This document shows positions 1 to 11,994 of a stretch of DNA of 64,000 nucleotides, piece after piece; position 1 is the first letter of the stretch; each line of letters starts with the position of its first letter. Position numbers and translations under genes: made by a program. The stretch lies in assembly GCA_964106645.2 (NCBI GenBank), contig OZ067052.1. One strand, written 5' to 3'. The stretch is from Podarcis pityusensis. Its lineage: Eukaryota. The notes under the pieces are model-generated. The model saw only the letters and a list, made by a program, of their open reading frames with translations. It was not told the origin of the DNA and did no database searches.

Positions 1-584
1 GTGGATCTGCCAATCTGGGCTTCTGCTCCTCCCCTCCCCCCTTTTCTTTTCTTTTTGGTAAGCCACAGGAAGTTTGTCAGAGCATCTCTTTCCATTTGCA
101 AAGAGCTTCACGCTGATTTTGGCAAAGTAGACTTAAAATACTGCACCCTTTCTGCTAAGTTACCATGTCAGAAAGCCACCCATGTCGCAAAGGGAGGTTC
201 TTTCGGTTTTATAGATCACATCCATATGGCGCAACCTTAACTCTGACCTGAGAAAGATTCATGGAAAGTAAGCCAAGAGGCATTCCTCACAAAGTCTACT
301 GCCCACCCCTCAAAAAAAAAAAAAACCAAAAAAACTTCACAGCCAGAAGAGTTTGGAACCCTCTGACTGCCCAATCAGGAGGGATGCAAGGAGAATTTAA
401 TTGTTAAGATGTTAACACTGGGTGCCATGGTGCCTATAATCATTGATAGTCAATTTACAAAAGTATTTTTGTTGGCCTAATTACTATCAGAAGGAGGATT
501 CAGAGTGCAGTGACGCAACTATGGAATTTTAGATTTTGGACAATAGTCCAATGAGGACACCCAGGGTGGTTTAAAAAAACAATT

Positions 585-778
585 GCATCTATATCCTGCC
601 TTTTTTTTCCAAGGAGCTCAAAGTGGTGTGAATGGTTCTTGCCCTAATGCCCACAACAACCCTGTGAGGTAGGTTAGATTGGGAGGCAGTGACTGGTCAC
701 CCAGTGAGTTTTGTGGCCAAAGGGGGATTTGAACTCTGGTCTCCTAGACCTGGAACTTTAACCACTGCATCACACTGT
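585..778 (-). mobile_element. Older CORE-SINE (MIR/Squam3-like)
   Basis: cacaacaaccctgtgaggtagg...gtcacccagtgag...ggatttgaac...taaccactgcatcacact; similar copies near 15850, 34060, 44755. Confidence 0.7.
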
Positions 779-2269
779 CTCTGATTTACACACGAGCTAA
801 GTAAACTACAGCTTAGGTCCTCAGATTGTCAGGGGCCTCTAAATAGTCCCCCCCCCCTTTAAATACTAAATTTAAAGTTTTACATAATTAGTTTAAAATA
901 ATAATAGTTTTTATATATTGCTTATATAATATATAATAGCTTATAATAATAAACACATAATTCTTGGGTAATGCTATGGAACCTCTTAAACTTGACATAG
1001 CATAGGGTCTCAGCATAACCTATTACACTCCCATTTTTTAAAGCTGGTAATGTGTGTTCATTTACTTCAAAACGCGGTAAACCAATCCTACTGCATTTTT
1101 CCACCCCCTACTGATTTTGCCCTGGACTTCTGCTGTAAAGTCCTTCCCAATGCCAGAGCATGGCTATGCAGATGAAAGGAGAGAGGATTTTGGAGATCGG
1201 GGATGGTTTAATTCACACTGGCTCCTACAGTGTCCAATGGGATAGAAGGAACAGGCTGCAATCTAGGAGAATGGTTGGTAAGAGGACAAAACTGGCTTCT
1301 TATCCCAAACACTGGGGTGGGAATGAGGTTCAGGAAATAACACTACATTCCCACCCCAAAAAATATGATAATGTGATGTCAGATGATGTGTGTATGGCTA
1401 ACAAACACACTTGCAAAACTGCTGAAGTCAGTCATATCCTCTGCGCAATATATACACAAACTTGCAGTGAAGTCTGCTCAGGGACACACACACACACACT
1501 CTAATATGTTTTCCTGGAATTAGACGTAGGCAACCTTCAAATAACATATAGCCAAACCATTAAACATGTTCACTAAGGAAAACTGTAGACATCCGATTGG
1601 GGCCACCCACGTTAAAAAGCTGGCGTTCTTTAGGGCCCCCTCGTGCCACATGGTGATTCAACCAAGGTGGGGTGGAGGAAATAGAGGGGTGGATTGCCAT
1701 GGAAAATGGGCCCGCTTCACCCCCATAAAGCTAAGCCTTAATGCAAGAATGCAAAGGACTCTCAGTTAAACTGTAAAAAGGCATCACCGCACTGCCAAGA
1801 GAGGAATTCACTGAACAAGCACGTCCATCAACATTAAAAACCTGTGCCCGAGAGTCACAGATTCAATGGCTGTAGCTCATACATTGCTTGCACAGGGTCC
1901 CGGGTTCAAACCCTGGCATCTTCAGCTAGGACTGGGAAAGGCTGACTGAAACCCAGGAGATCTGCTGCCAGCCATTGTCAAAAATACTAAGCTAGGTGAG
2001 CCAAGGGTCTGACTCAGCATAAGGCAGCTTTTTGGACTTCCCAGCAGCTGCCTCTTTGAGCTTTCTTAGACCACCTGGAAGGGGATGGGGAGAGAGATTG
2101 TAGCCTCCAGTGGCAACCAAACGACCTTTGCCACACAGGTTATCGACTGAATCCTGTGCAGCCAGCAACAGAACAAGGAATGTGCCACAACCAGAACTTT
2201 TAACTCGGTGCTTTCCAAGCAATTGAGTCCATTTGCACCTTCAACAGTCAGTCCTCAAATCACCGTGCT

Positions 2270-2527
2270 TCTTCACACAGCAGGTAGTTAAAACTATGGA
2301 ACTTGCTCCCACAGGTGGCAGTGATGTCCGCTAACTTCAATTAATTTAAAAAAAGGATTAGATGAATTCATCGAGAAGGCCCTAGATGGCTAGTAGCCAT
2401 GATAGCTGTGCTTTGCCTCCTGTCAGAGACAGTAATGCTTTTGAATACTAGTTGCTGGAAACTGCAAGAAGGGAGAGGGACTAGATGAGTCATTTGGTTG
2501 ATTCTAGTGGGCTCTTCTTATGTTCCC
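2270..2527 (+). mobile_element. CR1 LINE 3' fragment
   Basis: ttcttcacacag...ctatggaacttgctcccaca...ggattagatgaattcat...ctcttcttatgttc. Confidence 0.78.
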
Positions 2528-3939
2528 TTGTAGAAGATAACTGTAACTGTAATTTAATGAATGGTTCGCAACATGTTCTGAACACCTTCAACGACCAGAG
2601 GAAATTCTTCAACTATGTGAAGAAAGAGGCACAGCTGCATCTCCTATCTTGAATTCTGTGAATGGAGCAGCGACCGGTGAGTTTTCAGTCACGCTCAGAT
2701 ATGTGGCTCCACCAGCTGTGGAATGCTAAAAGGAGCTGCTGCTGTCCCTCTTCTGAACTGCTGGGAACACTTTCCCCAGATGAAAATATCTGAAATGAAT
2801 TGGAGGCTCTCGGATAAATTACCATTGCGCCATATGGGTTCTGCCTGTTGCTGAGAAGAGACCCCTCCCAGAGGTGCAGTTCCCAGCATCCTTAACAAAT
2901 GGCAGTTACCAGGATACTTTGGAGGAAGACATGGACTGTTAAAGTGGTATAAAAGTTGCTTTAAAGGCATTGTGTGCATGTGACCATAGTATTCCAAACC
3001 ATCTCCCCACCCCTCCAAGAAACACACACACAATTAAATACAAAAAAAATTAAGTGGCATTCTGTGGTCTATACATACCATGCAGAATTGCAGATCCATA
3101 AACTAAATTGACACAAGTAAATGAGCCACATGAAGTGGCATCCTTAGCAACAACCCAGCAGGCTACGCAATATCTGAGTGCCACTCTTACAAAACGTGAG
3201 GTGTGCCTCTCTGACGCGAGGGAGTCGAATGTGCTCAACTACCTGTGATTTTAACTCGGTCCATATGGCGCACCCGAGATGCAAGTTCTGAAGAAGGATG
3301 TCTCTTCTCCTTGCCTTTTTAATGGTTTTAACAGTAATCATTTGGCTTGTTGAAAGAGTAAAGAGATGGATGGTGATACGGCAGCTGCGGGAGGAAAAGG
3401 GAGTCCTCTTTCCAAGAGAGAGATGGATGGCATCCGATCTGGCCCTTCGCCTGCCTAACAGAGGAGTCTGCTGTGTGTCACCATGTTCAAATAAGAGGCT
3501 TTCATCAAGTGAGGACCTATGTTAACTTTGGCTGCCATCCAGCGCCCTGTAAGAGTGCATAAGGACCACTTCCCAGGCTAAGGTTCCAAAACACTGCTAG
3601 GATCAGTGCAGATTCAAACCAGGAGCTTCTTGTATGAACACCGATGATCCTTGTGGAGAGTTGCCAGGTCCCAGTAGGGCTGCCAGATCCTATGGGGCTG
3701 GGGATGAACTTGGAAACCAGGGAGGGCTACTTCAAAGGTCAGGTGGAGCTTTGTGAGGACAGAGGAGTGCACTACCTGAGCCAGGAGCCTTATAGAAGAA
3801 CCTCATCAACAAGAGGGCAGCTAATGGCAAAGTGCTGTTGCTTTCCTCCCAGCACCCTTGAGATTTTAGCACTTTACCAAAGAGATCCTGCGAAGGAAGA
3901 CTAAATCCTAAAAATTCAAGTCCTTCTTTTACAACAAAA

Positions 3940-4265
3940 GAAAGTATTTCTTGACACAGTTAAACCGTGGAATGCACTTCCACGAGAAGTAGAAATGGCC
4001 ACCGATTTGGATGGCTTTAGAAGAGGATTAGACAAAACCATGAAGGCTATCAATGGCTGCTAAGCACTTCAGCTAAGTTCTGTCTCCAGCGCTGGAGGCC
4101 TTTGAATACCAGTTACTGGGAACCACTAGTAGGGAGAGTTCCTGTTATGCTCAAGTCCTTATTTGGGGCAGGGGGATTCCTGTAAGCATCTGATTGGCCA
4201 CTGTGGGAACAAAATGCAGACTAGATGGGCCATTAGCCTGATCCAGCGAAACTCCTCTTATGTTC
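3940..4265 (+). mobile_element. CR1 LINE 3' fragment (others: + near 11105, 14330, 28890, 32410, 37890, 39000, 41720; - near 5565, 11505, 35190, 35590, 42070)
   Basis: gatggctttagaagaggattagacaaa...ggccactgtgggaaca...actagatgggcc...cctgatccagc...ttatgttc, shared across copies. Confidence 0.78.
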
Positions 4266-7200
4266 ACATATGCTCACCTTACCCATTACCTTCAGCCCAC
4301 GTGGTGAGACTTTCATTTGAGAGCACACAGTACAGCTGCATCAGAGTACAGAATGCATCAAGTTTTGATTCAAAATGGCGATAAGGCAGGAAAGTGTGGT
4401 GGTCCGCCAAGGCAGAGCTAACTCAAACAGTCAGCGGAAGAACCACTCTTGGCAATCAGTCAGGTCGACGCAGACTCAGCCACCTGCAGGATTGCAGCTC
4501 TCCACCACAAGAGCTGTTGATTCAAGGAGGTGAAGAGAGATATTTCTTGTAAATCCTTGCCGCATTTGATCTACGGCTCTCGCCTTGCTTCAAGAATTTG
4601 CAGAGCGCCCAAGTACATTCTTAGAAGATGATTAGCATCTTTAACCGTGTGTGCATGAGAGAGAGAGAGTGTGTGTGTGCTTAATTCCATATTGTTAGTC
4701 AAAATAATAAATTGCTGAGGTTTTGGAACCTTTACCTCCTTTCGCACACATGTGTGTATATATTTCTCTTTTTATGTGCTATTTTCCATCTCTCATTACT
4801 TCTCACTGAGGAGTTTTGGTTTCCAGCTTTTGTGGCTCAACACTGGAGTTTCTCACTTTGGCTCCCAAACAGCAGAAGTACTTTGTGCAATTCCTTAATG
4901 CCTCTTTTGAAGTTCTGAATATACATGGGCAGAGGAACGTAGAACCTAACAATGTGGATTTAGCTTTCAAATAATGGGTAGGCTTTAGGGTTGGGCAAAC
5001 TATTTGGCTGCTATCCAACTAAGCTATTCTAAAAGGAGAACCCAGAGAAATAGACTGCAATTAGTTGTGCCCATTGATGGGAGAGTTAGGAGGTCAACAA
5101 TATCTGGTAGTCACCATATTGGCTCCCCTGATACTAGAAGGAAGGGAGCTGCTAGGTCAGGTGCACTGTTGCCAATTTTGACATCATGTTTCGCATCATG
5201 TTGATCTAGTCTGGGCTTGGTCTACCTCTGGCCTGAGTATCAGATCTTAGAATATCCCCTGCCTGAATCCCTGGAGCGTTGCAGCTGCCCATTATGTTGG
5301 CTAATTCTGAGCTAGATGAAACAATGGCCTGACACAGTGTAAAGAAGTTTCCTACTCCTATGTTCTTGAAGTTCTGGCAGTAGGGACTTGGCAGAACATG
5401 AGTCAAAGAGATGTGGTATCCTAGGATAGAAAAAAGTGTAAGAAAAGCCCTACTGGAAAGCCAAAAAGGCCAAAAGCCAAAGGCTCATGTTCTTGCAGTG
5501 GCCAACTTCACACCTCATCTGGGAAGCCTGCAGGCAGGATGGTGCAACAATACTCATCCCATGTGCAATACCCAGAAAATAGTATTCAGAGGCATACTGC
5601 CTCCAACTGTGAAGGTAGAACATAGCCATCATGGCTAGTAACCATTGACAACCTCGTCCTCCATAAATTTGCAATCCTCTTTGAAAACTATCCAAACTGA
5701 TGGCCTCACTACCTCTTGTGGGAGTGAATTCAAGAGTTTAGTTATGACCTATGTGAATACAGCTCTCATTATCCTTTTACCCAAGTCTTCTCTTAACCCA
5801 GTGCTATGTTTGAAGGATACTGTTGCATGTCACCCCAATCTCCAAGGGGTGAGATCCCAGGGTTTCCATGAGCTTACCGAGGGCTCCTTTTGAACAGTAA
5901 GACACAGTGGAAACTATGGTGTCATTATGATTTAAAGTTTATTTACACATATATACAACCTGAGCCTACGATGGAGGGCTTCACAGTGTCAACACCCCAA
6001 GAGGATCTTCCTTCTCCTATAGCCACAGGCCTAGATTCAAACAGCCACCCAAAGTCAGGCTCTGCCTTTCAGACATTATCAGCTTGCTGCCTTTCTTCTC
6101 GGTGACATCACACACACACACTGTTCAACTCTAAACTCTGGCTTTTGTCTTTCTCACTATCTGCAAGGTGGAGGAGGGGCGCCACACATTTGCCATCTGC
6201 CACAGAGCCCCTCTCTTTTGCTCTCTTAATGGCCCTTCACCCAGGTGATCACCTCATGAGGAAGCTAGCCTGGTTTATATTTTAACACTTGCTAGGATTA
6301 TAGGGATTAGAAATCTGGCACCCACAACTCATAACAATACTATACCTGTATTCACAACACACACTTCCACCATGCCTCCATCTGAAACACAAACACTCCC
6401 CAACGTATTTTTGGAGGGAATGATCACCACGCCGCCAGTGGGGGAGAAGGATAATCATAATCAAAAAATTTCCAGGCCTACCTGCTTATGTTTTTAAACT
6501 GACATTTGTCCCATTTAGCAGATAACATCTGAAATGAGTTCAAATTCTTGTGTACGTGTAATAACTTGGCAAGAATTTATGAGCCGAGCAGACATTGCCA
6601 TGCGGACATTTCAAAGCCATTTGTAAAAGGGGGGGTGGGGGTTTGCAAGTGAAGTTCAATTAGCGATGGTTTCCCTCCTCCCTCTCAAATCCACAGAGAA
6701 GATGGAAAAATCCCATTCAGGAGGAATTAACTATCCTTCCATGCATGCAAAAGGTACAAAGACCTCACACACTCGCACAGCAACAACAACCAAAGTTTGT
6801 TACAGTGAGCACTTCCATTTGCTTCAATTTACAGCTTCCTATTTGCAATGCACGCTATCTGTTGAAGGATGAAATAAGGTGCATTTGCATAAAGAAAATA
6901 AAGGCTGGTTGGGGATGGGGGAGGAGAACTGCAGAGGGGATATACATAAACGGGGGAGTTGGAGAAGGGGGCACAGATGTAGATTGTGGCTTAAGAGCTA
7001 TTTCTGCAGTATCAGAAGACTAAACCAGACTCCGGGCTGGCCATAAACTAAAACCCACGCCCTGAAGTGAGGTGCCAAGCCACAAAAAGAATTTGCGTCA
7101 ACTGGGAATACAAGGAAGAAGAAGAACTTCTAATTATAGGGCCTGGAAGCGGAAGCCGTGAGTGATTAGGAGTTTAGGCACTGCTGTGTTTACTTGGGAG

Positions 7201-7933
7201 CTTCCTCTCCTCGTTGCCCCCTTGATAGATGAGGTTGGCCTAAAGGGTGGGATTGAAAGTTTGCTGATGAGATGCAGAAAAAGGCTCCAGGACCCGAGCG
7301 GGGATGGCGACGGGATAACCGACGGCTTCTGCGGCCGTGTAGCAACATAAGTCTTTTCAACTAGGCGTCAGTTGGTTAGCCCAAGAAGACAAAATTAAAG
7401 GGTAGGGAATCTCAGCTGGGTACTTGCAGTTAAAGAAGAGGAAGAGACAGAGAGAGACAGAGAGAGAGAAAAGTAAAAAACATATATATAGGAAACCAGC
7501 GCAGCTCAGATTTCTTAGATACATCCCTATTTATAACACCTCTCTAATTGCTGTGCTGTTGATGAAACCCAGTTAGATGCACATAGTTTTGCCACTGATT
7601 GAGCTGCCAAGAGTAGAATTTTTTTTAAAAAAAGGTTCCTTTGAGTGTTGCCATCTTGGAAAGAAAACACAATCTTTCTTGTGCCTCTAAGACCAATTGC
7701 TTCAATTCAACTGGGTCTACTCTAAGTAGAACCAATGGTACACGCAACCTATTTTAACCTTAACCTCTGTAAGGTTCAAATGTACCAATCTCATGATTCT
7801 GTCATCAACACAGCTGAATCTCTACACAGGTGACCTTAAAGTAGCTGGATTGTATTCCATGCTAGTAATACTCAGAGTAGACCTACTAAAATTAATGGGC
7901 AGGACTAACAGGTATATTATTCCAATGGGTTTA

Positions 7934-8341
7934 TGTGATGGGACGATGAGCTGCTTGTGTGTAAAATCCTAGTCCCTCAGAGTTTGGTCAAGTTTGCAAA
8001 CCTCTGTCTGTAACGGAGCCCCTTAAACATGGCTCCGTCAGTCGCTGGCAGATTCCGACAGTGGTTGCTTTCGGAATCGCTTCCAACATAAAAGCTCCTT
8101 AACGGAAACACGTCTTCTGGACTCTCTGCGTGACAGTTTCCGGCGAGGAGTGGGTGTCCCTACAGGAGGTCCTGAAACCTCCCCACTGTTTTCGCTGGAA
8201 GTGTCTCTGAGCCATCCCTCCAGCTCACTTTCCCTCAGCTCAGCTCCTCTCCCCCTACTGGTTCCCTCTTCAGCTGCTGAGTCTCTCCCAACCTGTGTGA
8301 GCCCTTTCACTTCCCTTCCTTCCGATGGCAGTTCCCTGACA
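7934..8341. mobile_element. Solo LTR (408 bp, probably Gypsy/ERV-type)
   Basis: TGT...ACA ends with imperfect inverted termini (tgtgatggga / tccctgaca); perfect 5-bp TSD gttta at 7929-33 and 8342-46; splits a palindromic MITE. Confidence 0.75.
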
Positions 8342-9153
8342 GTTTACTCTAAGTACAACTTAATCGGATCCAACCCCTTGCTTCCACACTGTGTACTGAA
8401 ACATATGCTAGCAAGCCACGAGAGAATTGCTTGCATGCTAATGAGAAATTATTTACCTGAGTAATTAAAGTCTCCCAAAAGCTCAAAGTCATGTCTGCAT
8501 GATTTATTGTCCTGGCCTTGCTCCTCTTCCAATTAGCAGTATTTTGCCACATCTTTGCTATAAGGTGTGTCTGGGTCATTCAAATCACTCCTGGTGCAGA
8601 ATTGCCCTTCTCAAAGGATGGCATGTCAAAAACAGTGAATCAAAACAGGGCAGGGCTACTTTGAGAGAGGGCCGTTTTTTTACAAAACATGTAATTTATA
8701 GAACGCACCACCTCAAGATGTGGTGATGACCACTAGCTTAGCTCAGGATAGGCAGAAAGTAGATTGCAATCTACCAAGCAGATCTCTGGGTAAGTCACAG
8801 TAAATCTGCACAGGTGTCTGGCTCCAAATTGTTTAACAATAACGACAATACTTTTTCCCACCTGCTGAAATGAAGAAAGCTTGGGAGGAAAACCAGGAGT
8901 GGATTTTTTGTATGTGGGAGGGCTGTGAGCTCAGTTTGGGTACTGAAAACGAAACGGGCTAGTGCCTCACTCACACAATACAGAGTTGTCTTGGGATATC
9001 AAAGCCATTGTCTAAGGCTGCAATCAAACCTACTTCGATCTCAACATTGATCTCAACAGGACTTACTTCTGAGCAGACATGGTTAGGATTGCACTTTAAC
9101 TCTACACAGTGTGAATGAGGCAACAGCCCTCTCCTGCTATTGCTCCACAGGTA

Positions 9154-9508
9154 CAGTGGTGCCTCGCAAGACGAAATTAATTCGTTCCGCGAGATTTGTC
9201 GCCATGCGATTTTTTTCGTCTTGCGAAGCACGGTGTCGGGAAAGTTTTGGAAAAGCTTCAAAAATCACCAAAGTCTTTAAAAACCTCGAAAAAGGCTACC
9301 ACACCGCGTTCTATGAATTGCTCCTCGAAGTCAAGTCGCAACTGTATTAACGGTGTTAAGAAAAAGGAAACAAACTTGCAAGACGTTTCCGTCTTGCGAA
9401 GCAAGCCCATAGGGAAAATCGTCTTGCGAAGCAGCTCAAAAAACAAAAAACCCTTTCGTCTAGCGAGTTTTTTGTCTTGCGAGGCATTCTTCTTGCGAGG
9501 TACCACTG
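9154..9508. mobile_element. Tc1/mariner (Tigger/pogo-like) MITE
   Basis: TIRs CAGTGGT(G/A)CCTCGCAAGA; TA duplicated at both ends; CpG-rich interior. Confidence 0.88.
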
Positions 9509-10193
9509 TAATGAGACTTTTTCTGTTTCTGAACCTGGAAGTTCCATAAGCTTCTGTTGAACTGCAGGTTGGTGTCTCTAATCTACACATGAGGCCCAGT
9601 CAAGAATGGAAACGCTAGCAGAGAGATGAGTGATGGCTGGTGAGCCAGCCAATGGGATAAAGAAAGGTTAGCTCAAGAAGCAGCTGTTTGGAGAGAAGGA
9701 AGCTACTGAATCCAACAATGACACTGGGTTGGCCTTCTGAGATAATCTATGGCATGACAGCCCAGTCTCAAACTGCCTGCAGTTTCCTCCTCCAAATGGT
9801 AAGCTTGGGGATCACTGTCAAATTTGGGCAGAAGGAGATTCCTCTTCAGTCACCACAGCACTGACACCCTCACTTGACATAAAGACCATGAAGGCTGACC
9901 CCTTCCTTACAAGAGACATAGCCTAGTGTAGAACTACTGCTTTGCACCCAGAAGGTCCTAGGTTCAAACCTCGGGCATCTCCAGGAAGGGCTGGGAAAAT
10001 CTACCTTGCCTGAAAGCCTGGGGAGCTGCTGCCAGTCTGTGTAGAAAATACTGAGCATGATGCACCAAGGGAGCTCCCTATATTCATACATACACATGCA
10101 CACAGACCCTTTTGGGGTTCATGGTGCTTGGCTCCAACTGTGAAATCCATGTGGAAATAAAAAACAGAACTAATTTGCAATGGGGTTTCAATA

Positions 10194-10430
10194 CAGTGGT
10201 ACCTCGGGTTACATATGCTTCAGGTTACATACGCTTCAGGTTGCAGACTCCGCTAACCCAGAAATAGTACCTTAGGTTAAGTACTTTACTTCAGGATGAG
10301 AACAGAAATTGTGCTCCGGCGGCACGGCAGCAGCAGGAGGCCCCATTAGCTAAAGTGGTGCTTCAGGTTAAGCACAGTTTCAGGTTAAGAACAGACCTAC
10401 GGAACGAATTAAGTACTTAACCCGAGGTAC
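10194..10430. mobile_element. Tigger-like MITE (right TIR clipped)
   Basis: TA-CAGTGGTACCTCGGGTTA ... TAACCCGAGGTAC; reverse-complement copy of 62756-62988. Confidence 0.85.
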
Positions 10431-11647
10431 ATTTTGGGCAAAAACCAACCTATCCCGGAACCGTGGTTCAAACAAGCCTGGACCATGCTAGTCTTTATTT
10501 TTCACAAATAGCTATGTTGCTGCCAACCTTGTGTCCCCAAATACATAAAAATGAATTTGATAAGTCACGCAAGAAGAGAATCTGTGAGGCGTTATTGAGG
10601 CTTCTCAACGATCTAACAACCCCGCCCCCAACCCCACTTACTTTGATAAATGGGAAAACACTTCTGCGGAGAAAATTCCAATTTAAACTTCTTTAACTAT
10701 TAACCCAAGACCACCATCGTATTTCAATATACCACATTTAACTAACCAGAGGAATTTCAGCTCTGTTAGAGGTGCAGTCAGGCATCCACAGGGGTACACA
10801 GTTTAATCTGTTTTACTGCAGGCCTAACATTAATTTTCCCTGTTATTAATGGGTGGAAAAGCTCTCTCTGAGCCAAAGAGGGGGCTGCTGCTTAAAAATT
10901 AGACGTGTTGCCTTTCACAGCTCTCGGCCTGCAGGAGTGACGCCTGTGGAAGGGAAGATCAATTATTTACTACATTACAACGGAAAAACACGTATTTACT
11001 GGACACTAGGCTTTGGAAAGTGAACCAGATCTTCCAAGTGCATTTTAATGTCTCAGGTGCTGGACATGTCTCTGGCCGCAAAGAAAATCTAGAGGTCTAG
11101 AGGTAGGAGGCAGTGATGGTCACCAACCTAGATGGCTTTAACAAAAGATTAGACAAATTCATGGAGGAGAGAATTATTGAAGGCTACTAGCCACAATAAC
11201 TATGCTCTGCCTCCATAGTCAGAGGCACTCATGCTTCTGAGTATCATTTGCTGGAAACCACAGCAGGGGGGAAATGCTCTTGTGCTCGCATCCTGCTCGC
11301 AGGTTTGGCAAAGGCTGGGTTGAGAGGCATCACTTGTGGGATGGACCAACACAATGCCCACCACCATTCCTCTATCCGTCTTCGCAGCTTAAAGTTCTAA
11401 GATAAAGCCTGCTTCAGAGGGACTCTCTCGTCTCCTGCAACGGGGCTGTTATGCCACCAGCTTCCTTGTGGGAAGGATATCAGTCAAGATGAAGCAGCAG
11501 GTAAGAACATAAGAAGAGCCTGCTGGATCCAGCCAATGGTCTATCTAGTCCAGCATCCTGTTCTCAAAGTGGCCAAGCAGATGCATGTGGGAAAGTGTCC
11601 CCCCACCACTGCGGTTTCCAGAAACTGGCATTCAGAAGCATTTCTGA

Positions 11648-11765
11648 AGGCAGTCCTGTTCAGGGGAGTTTTAAATGTGTGACATCTTAGTGTATTTTTG
11701 GTCTTTTGTTGGAAGCCTCCCAGAGTGGCTGGAGAAACCCAGCCAGATGGGCGGGGTACAAATAA

Positions 11766-11807
<42 letters not shown>
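11648..11807 (+). mobile_element. L2-type 3' end with (TTA)n tail, nested in an antisense CR1
   Basis: ggaagcctcccagagtggctgg...cccagccagatgggcggggtacaaataaa(TTA)n; second copy at ~15390-15540. Confidence 0.65.
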
Positions 11808-11956
11808 TCAATCTTTGACTGTGGAGGCAGAGCAGAGTCATTGTGGCTAGTAGCCACTGATAGTCTTATCTTCCATGGCGCCAGTTGGGTACCCAGCCTC
11901 CATAGGAACCATCCGCTACCAAGCACCCTGGTGCATTTTAATAAGTTGACTTTGCT

Positions 11957-11959
<3 letters not shown>

Positions 11960-11992
<33 letters not shown>
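11960..11992. repeat. (GT)n microsatellite
   Basis: Direct reading. Confidence 0.95.

Positions 11993-11994
<2 letters not shown>

Noticed and set aside
5828-6330. Possible reverse-oriented LTR
   Set aside because: Starts TGTCAC and has an antisense AATAAA, but I could not define the other end or a TSD.
8038-8310. 90-aa charged ORF
   Set aside because: Lies wholly within the solo LTR; low-complexity composition.
8971-9590. Five overlapping ORFs on both strands
   Set aside because: Produced by the CpG-rich Tigger-like MITE; no transposase motifs.
11687-11926. ORF with a poly-Ile run
   Set aside because: Translation of the (TTA)n retroelement tail.
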